Positions 45,739 to 58,760 of a stretch of 64,000 bases of DNA are shown here, piece after piece. Both the position numbers and the translations under genes were made by a program. Each line of letters starts with the position of its first letter. The stretch's first letter is position 1. The stretch lies in NCBI RefSeq assembly GCF_009914755.1, contig NC_060937.1. One strand, 5' to 3'. The DNA is from the human T2T-CHM13v2.0 reference genome, Homo sapiens. The notes below the pieces were generated by a model. That model was given only the letters and a program-made list of their open reading frames with translations, ran no database searches and was not told the origin of the DNA.

Positions 45739-46021
45739 CTTATTTATTTATTTTTTAGAGACAGGGTCTCACTCTGTCACCCATGCTGAAGTCCAGTGGC
45801 ATGATCATAGCTCACCTTGAACTTCTGGGCTCAAGTGATCCTTCCCCCTCAGCCTCCGAAGTAGCTAGGACCATGGGCATGCACCATCAAACCCAGCTAT
45901 TTTTTTTTTTTAAGCTTTTTTAGAGACAAAATTTTGCTATGTTGCCCAGGCTGGTCACAAACTCCTGCCCTCAAGTGATCCTCCTGCCTTGGCCTCCCAA
46001 AGCACTGGGATTACAGGTGAG
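45739..46021 (-). mobile_element. AluJ-type SINE
   Basis: Reverse Alu; TSD aatactattta. Confidence 0.85.
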
Positions 46022-46669
46022 AATACTATTTATGATTTCAGTTACTAAATTACAACAGGTACTCTTCCATTTGGAAATGTATTTACAAAATAGAATTGTG
46101 TGGAAGTGAAAGACAGCACAACTGACAATCTGAAGGTTTTTTTTTTATGAGTGCAATGGGTCCATGCTGTTATCTTTGTCTAAAATTTAAAAAGAATTGT
46201 CAAATGCAAATTATTTAAGAATCAGGAAATGTAAGTAACCTGAGGTGGTAATTAGAGGTAGTTTACATACTTCCCTTATGAAAAGGATAGATACTTATAC
46301 TTGTACACATTCTGTTTTCATATGGTCCCTGTGTCTCCTGGCAAGAGGTAAGAAGAGAAATTCAGATTTGAGACACTGCTTGGAGGAAATAATAGGATCC
46401 CAAAGAAAATGAATGATCAACAGCTACATATACTCACATAGTTAATCTCAAAAACATACTGATTAGTGAAAAGGCAAATCACAGAAGAATATATATAGGA
46501 TGAGTCCCCTTACGTAAAGTTAAAAAGCAGATAAAGCAATGTATTGTTGAGAGATGTATGCATAGTGTTAAAACCATAGAGAAATCAGAGAACGTTAACA
46601 AAAATTTCAAGAGGTGAACTTTATACCTCTGGAATGTAGAAGAAAGTATGAAAGGGAAGGGAAATTTAG

Positions 46670-47104
<435 letters not shown>

Positions 47105-47207
47105 ATAATATTTTATTTCTTGAGCTGGGTGGTGGATTTTAAAACTCTACCTATGTGTTATGTACACTGTGTGTTTATGATATAATTAACGTTAAACAAT
47201 AAATATA

Positions 47208-47837
<630 letters not shown>

Positions 47838-48375
47838 TGTATGGTAACTTCACAGCCGGTTGGAAAAGCCATCTATATATAGTATATGATAGAGAGCTGT
47901 GTCAAAGGTTATGCAAAACTACAAGATAAACATACCACTTTGGGGTATCATTTTTAATCCAAGAGTTGTCGGCAAAACATCTTAAAATTAAAGCATTCTG
48001 GAATGTTTTATGAAATGAAACAAAGCATTGGCATGAAGTTTTTAAGATAAAATATGTACTGTTGCTATTTACACAAGCCATTTTAAGCTTGACCCCAGAC
48101 CACTTGGGATGCTTATTTATTGCCCTTTGTAGTAATAGATAGTCTGGGGACAGAATTTGGGAAGACCCAAGGAATTGAGGAGAGAGGTTCAGCCTGAGCC
48201 AACACGGAAAGTAGACTCATGCCTTCCTTGTCGCAGAACACAGTAAAGGGGTACTACATATGACTATAACCTGGTAGCATATGGTGCTACACAAACTTGC
48301 TTCCTTTTGCTATTTTAGATAACACTGAGCAAATTCCTTTAGAAGAAAAATTCTTTGCTGAAATTGCTGTTATTC

Positions 48376-48394
48376 TTGGTGCCCCCTAGAGGTT
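48376..48394 (-). promoter_or_regulatory. Candidate CTCF core motif
   Basis: Minus strand AACCTCTAGGGGGCACCAA resembles the CC(A/T)(C/G)(C/T)AG(A/G)(G/T)GGC(A/G) consensus; motif match only. Confidence 0.55.
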
Positions 48395-48734
48395 ATTGGG
48401 GATATGGTTAAAAAAAATTGGTCTCTAGTCCTGAAGTGACATTAGTACTAAGCCATTTCTAAAAGAGTAAGGGATTCTAGAGAGTTTATAGGGGCTGATG
48501 ATATACCTAGGCACAAAGGGCCATCACAGAGGGATAGAGGACTTCAAGACACAACAAACAGGCATCCTTAAAACTTAGGAAGCCTTTTTCAAACACCCTT
48601 TGATCCGTTGTCCATATATACAATGGCTGTCACTTATCCAAAGGAAAATATCAGTCTCCCTAACATATGTACATCAAGATACAGTGAAAGTTGTCTCTCA
48701 AGGTAAGCAGGGCAAGGATATTCAGAAAGTCTAG

Positions 48735-49745
48735 ATTTATCCATTCAGTAAACATTTATTGAGTGCCTACTGTATGCCAGATACCATGCTAGCCCATGGG
48801 GTTCCAGTGATGAGTAAAAGCATCATTGCTGACATTTGGAACATATGTCTAGTAAACAAGATGCACAGTAATCAAATAACATACAAATAAATGTATAATT
48901 GAAGAAAGCTAAAATGCTATGAAATGAAGGTACATGGTGCTAGAAGAGAATGTGCTACATAACAGAAGAATTCAACATAGTAGTAGAAAGAATTAAAAAA
49001 AAAACAACACTTCCCCGAGTGAGTAAAATTTGAATTGATATCTGAAGGATGAGTAGAAATTCACTTGTTGAATTGTTGGGGGAGTCGTGCTTCCAGAGAG
49101 AAACAGCATATGCCAAGGTCTGTAGGCAGGAGGTAACATGCATGGTTCATTCTAGAAAATCAAAGACCAGTGTGACTATAGTACAGAGAATGAGGAGAGC
49201 AAAGTAGGCACGGGAATGGCCCTGAAGGCCATGTTCAAGACGTGATTCATTCTCTTAAAAGCAATGAGAAGTCATTAAAGTATTGTAAACAGGGGAATGG
49301 CATGATCTGATATATGAAAATAATATTATGACTTCAAGGTGTAAGACACAAAAGCAGGGAGACCAGTTAGGGTGAATTGTGAGCCAAACCAGTGGATAAT
49401 GGTAGCTTAGCTTATCATGCTAATGGAAATAAAAAATGTTTTGAAAAGTATTTAGAGGTAAAATCCACAGAACTTGAAAATGGATTGAAGATGAGCGGTG
49501 AGGAAGAAGAATTGTCAGGGATGACTCTTTGGTTTCTGGCTTAAGATGGTTTTGCCATTGACTTGGGGCACTCATAAGAGAAAGATCAGGAATTTGGTTA
49601 TAAACATGTTGAGTTGGCGCTATCAGTAAAAGTACCAAACAGATATTGAGAGGGGAGCTGGCTACATGCAGGTGCTTACATGAAGGGAGAAGTTTAGGCT
49701 GAGGATAGGAAGGTCTGGGAGTCCCTGATATATAGCTCTAAGAAG
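48735..49745 (-). mobile_element. L2 fragment
   Basis: CATTCAGTAAACATTTATTGAGTGCCTACTGTATGCCAG (L2 3' end) followed by typical L2 body. Confidence 0.75.
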
Positions 49746-50259
49746 AGTGAAAAGGAGTGATCATAAAGCCAAATAACCTATGGCAACTGTACATGGTAAC
49801 CTATCCTTTATAGTCCTATTGAGTGTGACGCAGGAAAATGAGATTCCCAGATAAAAATCATTCATTCATTCAATTATACAAAAAGCCTCTAATATGTGTC
49901 CGTTATTGAGCTATGCATTAATACTAATCCAAAGAAGAGGAAGATAGAGACTCTGCCCCTCAGTAGTCCATAGTGTGTTGGGAACATCAAGCTTCTAGGC
50001 TCCAGCTCCTCAATTTAATTAAAAAAAAAAAATGAGGCCATGGAGAAATCCATACCCCACCCAAGAGAAACAATCACCCTTTCCTATTGAGCCCATAGAT
50101 TCTCAAAACGCAGTGTTGCTATCCACCATGAACAAAGCCATTGCATTGATTATTTGAGGAATCAACAGTCAGTTTAACAATCAGCACCTACTTAGAACAG
50201 CCTGGGCCTTTTACAAGCAAGAAGGGCCAGCCAGAAGCAGGGCCAAAGTCTTGTTTAGA

Positions 50260-50432
50260 GCAGTGGCCCTCAACTTTGGCTTTACATTGGAATCACATGG
50301 AGAGTTTTAAAAATTCTGATGCCTGGATCCCAGATTCTGATTTAACTTATCTGCAATGTTGCCTTGATATTAGGAATTTTTAGAGCTCCCAAGATGATTC
50401 CATTGCTCATCCAAGGTTGAGAATCTCTGGTT
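50260..50432. mobile_element. MER5-like fragment
   Basis: CAGTGGCCCTCAAC..GGAATCACATGGAG..GATGATTCC..AAGGTTGAGAATCTCTG. Confidence 0.7.
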
Positions 50433-52067
50433 TAGAGCAATAAACACCCAAAGACTGACCCTTCCCCATCCATACCAGCTTTTTCCTTGTATGCTTACCT
50501 GGAGCAAGCCTTTGATTGTCAGTCAGATCTGAGCCTAGCTCACCTACCTATCTTGAGTCCTATTAATCACATTTTTACCTGTCTGATTCTATTATAAGTC
50601 TTTATTCTTAGAAAAGCCTATAGTTACAGTCTAAGTCTCACCTTGAATAAAAATAACAGCAATTACACTCTTGGCCTTGGCCTTAATCCAAACCTACATA
50701 CTTTATGTATTCTGCAGTTTACTCAGGGAATTTCTACCCCTCTTACCACTTGGGAACAGGGATCAGGGCAGAGCCCAAGCAATGTTTGTGCACTTGGGTT
50801 TTGGGGGCTCAGGAGTCGGGAAGGAGCAAGGAAAACAGAATGTGGACAGTGACTCATGATGAGATTAGCCGCAATCCTGACTTGATCCAGAGTCACCACT
50901 GTGATAGTCGATTGTCACTTTCCTGGGGTCACTGTTGGGCTGTGGAAACCAGCTCCTGAGAGGTGGCATTTGTAGGTAAGTCTGAAGTGCCCTCAGCTTC
51001 AGAGAAGAGGGTATATGATGATTTGTGCAAACTTTTAGATTCAGCTATTTTTACTTTGACATACCCCAACAATGAATCAATAAACACTCATGACACTGCA
51101 TCCAAGAGGTGTCTAGCATAGATATCCTCACCTCTGTGGAGGCCCACAAAGCCAGAGGAGACCTCCAGGGAAATACCTTTAGTCAAGCAAAGATGAGTCT
51201 ATGCTTGCTGCAGTTAAGAAGACAGCACGCCATGAGGAACCATAAATTGTCTTGAAAAGAGGGAGTTAGGAGGGGCTTATTTTAAGATTTGTGCTTGTGT
51301 TAAGTGATTTGGGGGAGGATTCGAAGAAGCAGGGGTCTGGATTGGGATCTGTCAGAAAGCAGGCCAATTAGGTAAATGGGTATCTTAATATTTTTTATTT
51401 AAGGGGCAGGAGGGATAGAGCAGAGCTAGAGTTGACATTGGAAAGGAAGCCGTCGTCATTCATATTCTTTGGAAGATGTTTGGTTGTTCTGTGGTTGCAC
51501 AGTCTCTTTGTTTTGAACTCTGTTCAGGCAAGTTTATGGAGTGGTCTTTTTTGTTTACTTTATAATTATGGTGAGTTCTCACCTGATGCTGAACTAATGT
51601 GAAGCTGTTTATATTCAACAGGAAAACACTGTGGCCTAGCTGGTAGCAACTAGGCCAGCTACTAGCTGACAGTTGTCAGGGCTATGTTTTTCTTTTTAAC
51701 CAGACAATTTGGAGTCAGGGTAAGGATGACAACAGGGTCAAAGAATGATTAGGGATGAGGGATGGGACGGAAGTTAGGAAACATGAGCAGAAAAAGCTAA
51801 TCTAAACAGGCATAATAGGTCTGCCACATTTCTTCAGCTAGAAAGCCCAATCAATCATTCCAAGAAAGTATCTACTCATTCTCTCAAAATTCATTTGTAT
51901 GAATGGGCCAAAATACAAACATTTTTTTTTCTAAATAGTGTATTTCTTTCATCCTCCTCTCTTTCTTTTTACTCTGTCCTTCCTTCCATACTCTCATTCA
52001 TTAAGTCGAATCAACCAACCAATAACTGACCAGCCAATATTTTATTATGTACCAGGCACTGCACTAG

Positions 52068-52765
52068 TGTGTAGTTTCTATTGAAACATAACAAATTACC
52101 ACAAATGTAATTGCTTAAAAAAACAATCATTTATTAGTTCACAGTTCTGTAGGGCACAAGCTCAGGCATGCCATGGCTGAGCTTTCGGCTTAGGGTCTCA
52201 CAGTGCTAAAATCAAGGTGTCAGCTGGGCTGATTTTCTGTCTGGAGATGCTGAGGAAGAACCTGATTCCAAGTTCATTCAGCTTTTGGCAGAATTCAGTT
52301 CTTTGAGGCAGCGTGGCTGAAGTTCCTGTTTTCTTGCTGACTGTTGGTCAAGGACTGCTTGCTCTCAGCTCCTAGAGGCTACCGGCAGTTCTCTGCTATG
52401 TGTCCCCACAGACAGTTCACAATATGATTATTGCTCTTCTTCCAGGTCAGCATAACTGTGTCTTTCTCCCATCCAAGTACTAACCAGGCTCAACTCTGCT
52501 TAGCTTACAAGGTCAGACAGGACTGGTTGCATTCAGGGTGGTATGGCTATACACAGGAATGTGTCTTTCTAATGTCTTCCCTGCAACCAACTGAAGACAA
52601 TTTTCTACTTTTAAAGGTCTCATGTGATTAGGTCATGTCTAACCCGGATAATATCCCCTTTGCCCTATAACATAACATAATCACAGTTTTTGCCCATACT
52701 CAACAGGATAGGATTATACAAGGGTAAGGGTCATTGGGACTCATCTTGGAATTCTGCCTACCTCA
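52068..52765 (-). mobile_element. MLT1-family solo LTR containing a 5S retrocopy
   Basis: AACAAATTACCACAAA...CACAGTTCTGTAGG...AAATCAAGGTGTCAGC...GAATTCTGCCTACCTCA. Confidence 0.75.
52465..52554 (-). pseudogene. 5S rRNA retropseudogene (about nt 1-90, 3'-truncated, no tail)
   Basis: Minus strand GTGTATAGCCATACCACCCTGAATGC...GCTAAGCAG..GCCTGGTTAGTACTTGGATGGGAGA matches 5S rRNA; TSD tgtgtctttct (52457-52467 and 52560-52570). Confidence 0.92.
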
Positions 52766-53056
52766 GATCAATACAGATATCAATAATCAATAGTGCTTCC
52801 CCACAAAGAGCTCACAGACTTTCATAAGAGTCAGCCATTTAAACATAATTTAAATAAACAGTATGGTAATAGAGCTACATAATTGTAGTAAGGTTGAATA
52901 AATGGAGGCAATAATTAACTTTACCTGGAATAGACGGATTATGGAAATCTCTATACAGAAGAGAAGCTATTTCAGTTGAGTGGAAGGGCAAGCTGAATCA
53001 GGCGGAGAGGATGGAGAAGAGTTTTCCTCATGGAAGGCCGCCAGGAATAGAAACAG

Positions 53057-53075
53057 TGTGTGTGTGTTTGTGTGT

Positions 53076-53112
<37 letters not shown>
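53057..53112 (+). repeat. Interrupted (TG)n microsatellite
   Basis: Read directly. Confidence 0.95.
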
Positions 53113-53116
<4 letters not shown>

Positions 53117-54168
53117 GCATGCGGTGGGAAGGTAAGGTGGCAGGTAGGGTCTTTGCCATTGGAGCATAGTAGAGTGAGAAGAGGGAGCTGATAATCTAGA
53201 CAGATAACATTCAGAGATAAAGTGGTAGAGCAGGAGCTGGTAAAATAGACCCAGGGAAGAGCAGTAGTCAAAGACCTGGTAGTGCTTGTTTTCATTCTCC
53301 GCAAGCAAACACTCCTCCATGGGTGGTATGCTTGATTTGGTTAAATAACCATCATGTGAGGTACATGATCATTTTATCTTGCTCTGCCATTTTGCGCTTT
53401 TAGCAAATAGAACTCACAACAAAGACCCAGAAAGACAGATGTTTCAATTTCCTTTTTTCGGGGGAATGAGATGTTTTTGCATTTGCTACATTAGGACAAC
53501 ACCTTAGAGTAAGACACTTAAATGATGTATTATTGCCTTATAAAATCACAAGAACAACATTTAACTAACAATAATTAGGGAGAATTAGCATTAAATGAGC
53601 AATTCATGGGAAAGAGTGATCAGTAGACATCTACAGTGCATGGAAGGAGGAAAAATGAAAGAGCAACTGTTTCAAAATGACTTTTTGTGCATAAAGTATA
53701 TGGAATTTGAGTGTCTGGAGTACAATTAAGAATTAATTAGATAAAAAGCCATGAGATTCACAATGTGATTTTAAAAACAAATACTAATATTAATTAATTG
53801 AATAACAATGAATATGCACTGCTGAGGTTATATGTAAGACCTTGACTTGGGTTTGGGTTTGGGTACGAAGATTAATGGCTACATTAAACTGTGGATTTTT
53901 AAAATATTCAGAATATGCTTCTTGATAAAATAGAAAACTAGAACAATCATAAGCAGAACTCAAAGCTTTACGAAAATGCTCTCAGGACAATAAGTGTTTA
54001 TACTGCCTGATCCCTTAGAGGAAAAAAAGAGAAGTAATCATACAGGTTTGGAAGATAAAAAGGTTCTATTTAATAACCTTTATAAGGTAGCAAAAATAAT
54101 TTTGTTGGGTAGCTAATATGCTTCCATGGCAAGGTGACCAGTCTTTTTGATAAATGAATATGTATATT

Positions 54169-54190
54169 CATATATATATATATATATATA
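54169..54190 (+). repeat. (TA)n microsatellite
   Basis: Read directly. Confidence 0.9.
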
Positions 54191-56127
54191 AAATATATGT
54201 AATAGAGTTTTGCTTTTATGTGGTATAATTCAACAGACATTTCACTAGGAACATTGGTTTAAATGATAGCAAAAGGTCATACTAAAAAGGTTGTTATCAG
54301 TAGTAGGAACACACTGAATGATTTGCCAAAGGAGTCAAAGCTCACTTCACCTTAGATAAAACGTAAACAAGAAGTGTCAGGGTTTTGAAGCTAGGGATAT
54401 GTTAGCAAGGGATTTTGTGAAAACTCTTTTGGCAATTTAAAGGGAGAACATATTTACTTCTTAACATGTTCAAAGAACATTTATTCAGATGCCTACTGAG
54501 TGCAAAGCACTGTGGTAAGTACCTAAAAAACTAAGAGTCCTATTCAAAAGCTGCTCTTAGAAGCTTCTGGATCATCTTTCTGTGCTGTTGAAAAAGGCCA
54601 TCCTAATGAAGCAAAGAACAATTACCTAAAATATCTCTTAGAGCCTGCTTTAGACATTTGATTTCTTATGATTTAAAAAATGTATCCACATATATGAAGA
54701 GAGAGAGAAAAAAATAAAATTCATGGCCAATGTAGAAAAGAGGAGGATTACATCCTGATTTGTGATATAAAACATTAGGAAAGAGAAAACAGTTTTTACC
54801 AAATGTGTTTCCACCTAGGATTTTTTTCCAAAGGTAATAATTAAACTAAAGTTATCTGTCTTGCTGCAGACAAATTAAAGTGTATTTTTAAAGCTTGCTT
54901 TCTTAAAATGTAAGTAAACATTTTGAAGCTCAAAGCCATTTGAAAAACACAAACATTCTAGTTTGCTAAGAGAAAGAATAGTCATCTACACTGATTTTCA
55001 TGCCCAGTCATCTGTTTTGCCTCCCATATTAATGACCTTACCATTCACTTAGCTTTCCAAGCTAGCACACTTTGAGTCATCCTCAATTTCTTCCTCTCTC
55101 ACCCCTTCCTACTTAGTCACTGAATCCTATTGTTTCTACCTTTGGAATATTTCTCAAATGTGTACACTTCTGTTCCATTGCTATTCCTTTTGTTTGAGGT
55201 CTCATTTCTCTCTTGGACCATGGTAATTGCTTATTTAGTCTTTTACAGATTCTGTCAACAAATATTTATTGAGCACTCACTGCTATTATGTTACCTATGT
55301 TATTAAAACCACCACATTTTAATCTCCTGTCTAGAATTACTGCATGAACTCTAGATCCTATATCCAGCTATTTATTTGATATCTCCATTTAGCTGTCTCA
55401 TTAGCAGTCTAAACCTAGCTCACCTAAAGCAGAACTCAAAATTCGCCCTCGCTGCTCCCCACCCTCAACACCTCCTAACTTTTTCTCTCTCATTTTCTTC
55501 TTTTTAGTAAATGGAACTATCAGGCTTCCAGGAGCTCAAGAGACACCCCGAGAAACATCTTTGATTCATCCATTGTTCACTTCCTCTTATTCAATCTTTC
55601 AGTAAATCCTGTTGATTTGACTTCTAACATCCATCTTGCCATCACTTCTTTCCACCTCTGGAATCAGACTACCTGGTTCAAATCTGAGTACTATCACTTA
55701 CTATGTTACCTTGATTTCAAATGGTTTCAAAATCAGACTTTTCAAAGGGAAAAAAATGGCATCATTTAAAAATTCTAAAATGTGCCTTTACTATCAAGAG
55801 CCAAAGTATAAGGACAGTGAGGAAACGTGTGTTCCTAGTCTTTTTATGTCTTCTAAACTGGCTTTTTTTTTTTTGACAGAGGAAAGATAGGGGGATTTCT
55901 AGATACTCGTTAGGAGTGGAATTAATGGCTAGGAAAGAGTTTATAGTCTGCAGTTTGGTGTTTGGTCAGCACCTCACGATGATTTATTTATTACTGGCAT
56001 TTATTTGGTGGGGGCAATGATAGAATTGTCTTGCATTCACGTGACTTGCAAATATCACCCTACATTCAGAAACTGGATTATCCTTTGATGTATAGTAGGA
56101 TTTCAAGATACAAGTTATGTTTTTTGA

Positions 56128-56353
<226 letters not shown>

Positions 56354-56592
56354 AGATATTTTATGTTATAGAGAAGTATTTTGACCAGACATTTTTTTAA
56401 AAGCCTAGTTAATTGGGGAACATTATACTTCCCCAATTTCTTCACTCTAAAAGTCTATAATTTGTCTGGGTGTGTGATTGCTTCAACCAAGGTTTTTCTC
56501 TCCTTTTTCTTATATGTCAATTTTTAAGTCAGAATTATTCTTACTTAGCCTATCACTAATTTTAATTCTGGTGTCCACAAACACCTCTGCAA

Positions 56593-56740
56593 TTTTTTTT
56601 TTTTTTTTTTTTGAGACGGAGTCTCGCTGTCGCCCAGGTTGGAGTGCAGTGGCGCGATCTCGGCTCACTGCAGGCTCCGCCCCCGGGGGTTCACGCCATT
56701 CTCCTGCCTCAGCCTCCTGAGTAGCTGGGACTACAGGCGC
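56593..56740 (-). mobile_element. Right-arm-only young AluY variant (Ye5/Yk11-like)
   Basis: GAGTCTCGCTGTCGCCC (2-bp deletion) and GCAGGCTCCGCCCCCGGGGGTTCACG; CpGs retained; pure T tail. Confidence 0.8.
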
Positions 56741-57589
56741 CTTGCTCTTTTATTTGCTTCTTGAAAAGAATGTCTTGTGCTCTTACTTCTCTATGTCCAA
56801 ACTTGAGATAGTTAAAAGTCATAAGCATCTGCGAACTTCTTTATGTTGTCTACAGTAGTCAGGTCTCAGCATTTACACGTTGCAATACACAGTGTTTTAT
56901 TAATTACTTTCTTTTCATGTTTCATTTACATTACAATTAGAGCATTATGTTAATTTCTGAGAAATTGTGTGTAGGTAGATTCTATTATCTATGATGCTTA
57001 ACTTGAGATCATTAAAGGGATTACTTCAAAACATTTGTTTAATAAAAATGAGTGCTCCATCTGATGGGGTTAAACATCACTGGTTTCCATGCTAACAGGC
57101 CCTTGAGAAAGGGCCACAGAAGAGCTGAGGTGGCAGACAGAAGTGGGCTCGCAGTTCAGTGGAGGAAGATGTAGAGCATGTGGACATGACAGCTTAGATT
57201 CTAACAAGGCAGCAGAAGACCCAGCAGAAATCCAGGCTTGCACCTGCGATCAGGTAGGAATAACTGCACATGGAGGGGGTGAGGGGGAGCAGCAGGAAAA
57301 GGAAACTCCCCTGCAGACCACAATTCCCTTAGCCAGTACGAAAGGGCTTAGCTCACTGCAGGAAAAAGCAAAGAAGAAGGGGAGGGGAGAAACATGAATT
57401 TGACTATTTATTCCAAAGATACAGAGGTTAACTCAGAAGTGACTGAATTAACGTAAGTTGAATGCTTCTCATTTCCCTCTGTATCAGGCAATAGAATCTT
57501 AAAGGCAAAGTCTCATTTTGTTATTTGAAAATGAAGAAGTGAAATCTTTCCATACCAGGCCCGTGGACTTGTGTCTGTAAATTATTTTC

Positions 57590-58760
57590 CCCACCATTGC
57601 CAGCCTATCCCAAGTCCCCACCATCTCTTGCCTGGAGAACAACAGCCACTTCCTAACTGATTTCTCTGCTTTCTCTTTTGTCTTTCCTAATCCATTCTTC
57701 ATGGATCCCAGTAAGCTTTTAGTATCAATCAGTCCTGTCATTTCCTCAATGACTACTTTGCACCCACTATCATGGCTCTGACCCCAAACCTCCCTGTCTT
57801 TCATTTCTCTATCATTTGTCTGTCTGGAGCCCCCTAAATTCTTTTCTGCTCCAGACCTTTGTGCTTATTGTTCTGCTTAGAAAGCTCTTCTCCAGGATGT
57901 CTGGCACGGCTAGACCATTCTAATCCTTCAGGACTTAGCCCCTTTGCCTCTATGTAACAACAGTCTTTTCTGACTCTCCAGTGGAAAGGCCTGCCCCATA
58001 CCCTCAACCCTGCCATGAATTCTTTGTCATATCACCCTGCTATGTCCCCTCTTAGCACTTGTAATGATCTCAGTTGACATCCCTTTTGATGACAACTCCA
58101 TCCTTTCAGTTGTTTAGGCCCCAAACTTTGGCATCATCTTTGACTCCTCCCTTCCTCTTTTATCCCACATTCAATCTGTATGGAAACTCTCTCTGATGGC
58201 TCTGTCTTGAAAATGCAGGCAATCTGATCTCTTCCAACCACCTCTGTAACCACCCTGTCTTGGTCTGGGCCACCATCAATCTCACATGATTACTGGAATA
58301 GCCACTTAACCAGTTTTCCTGCTTCTGTGTTTTTCCTTTTACAGTTGACAATAAAACACTCGAAAGGATCCCTTTAAAACTGTTCTGCAGTGGCTCCTCA
58401 TTTCTCAGAGTCAAATTCTCACAATGGCCCACAAGGCCTGACATAACCTTCCTCCCATTGTCTCTCTGACTTCTTCCCTACTGTTTTACCCTGCCGGAAT
58501 TTAAATTTTTGAGGGTAAAAATTATTGTCTTTATTGTTCATCAGTGCATACCAAATACGTAAAACTACATGGCATACAGCAGGGGCTCAATATATATCTT
58601 TGGATCAAATGAATGAATCTTGTTTACTTCTTTATAATTTATTTTTCCACTGTTAGACTATAAGCTACATGACGACAGGATCCTTATTCTTGTTTAATAG
58701 CATATCTAAAGCATTCAGAAGAGTACACAGTACATAGCAAATGCTTAACAAGTCCTTATC
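57590..58760 (+). mobile_element. Several L2 fragments
   Basis: CCACCATCTCTTGCCTGG, GGCATCATCTTTGACTCCTCCC, and GCTCAATA..TGAATGAAT L2 3' end. Confidence 0.65.

Noticed and set aside
51115-51700. Possible old LTR-like sequence
   Set aside because: Could not assign a family, termini or TSD by eye
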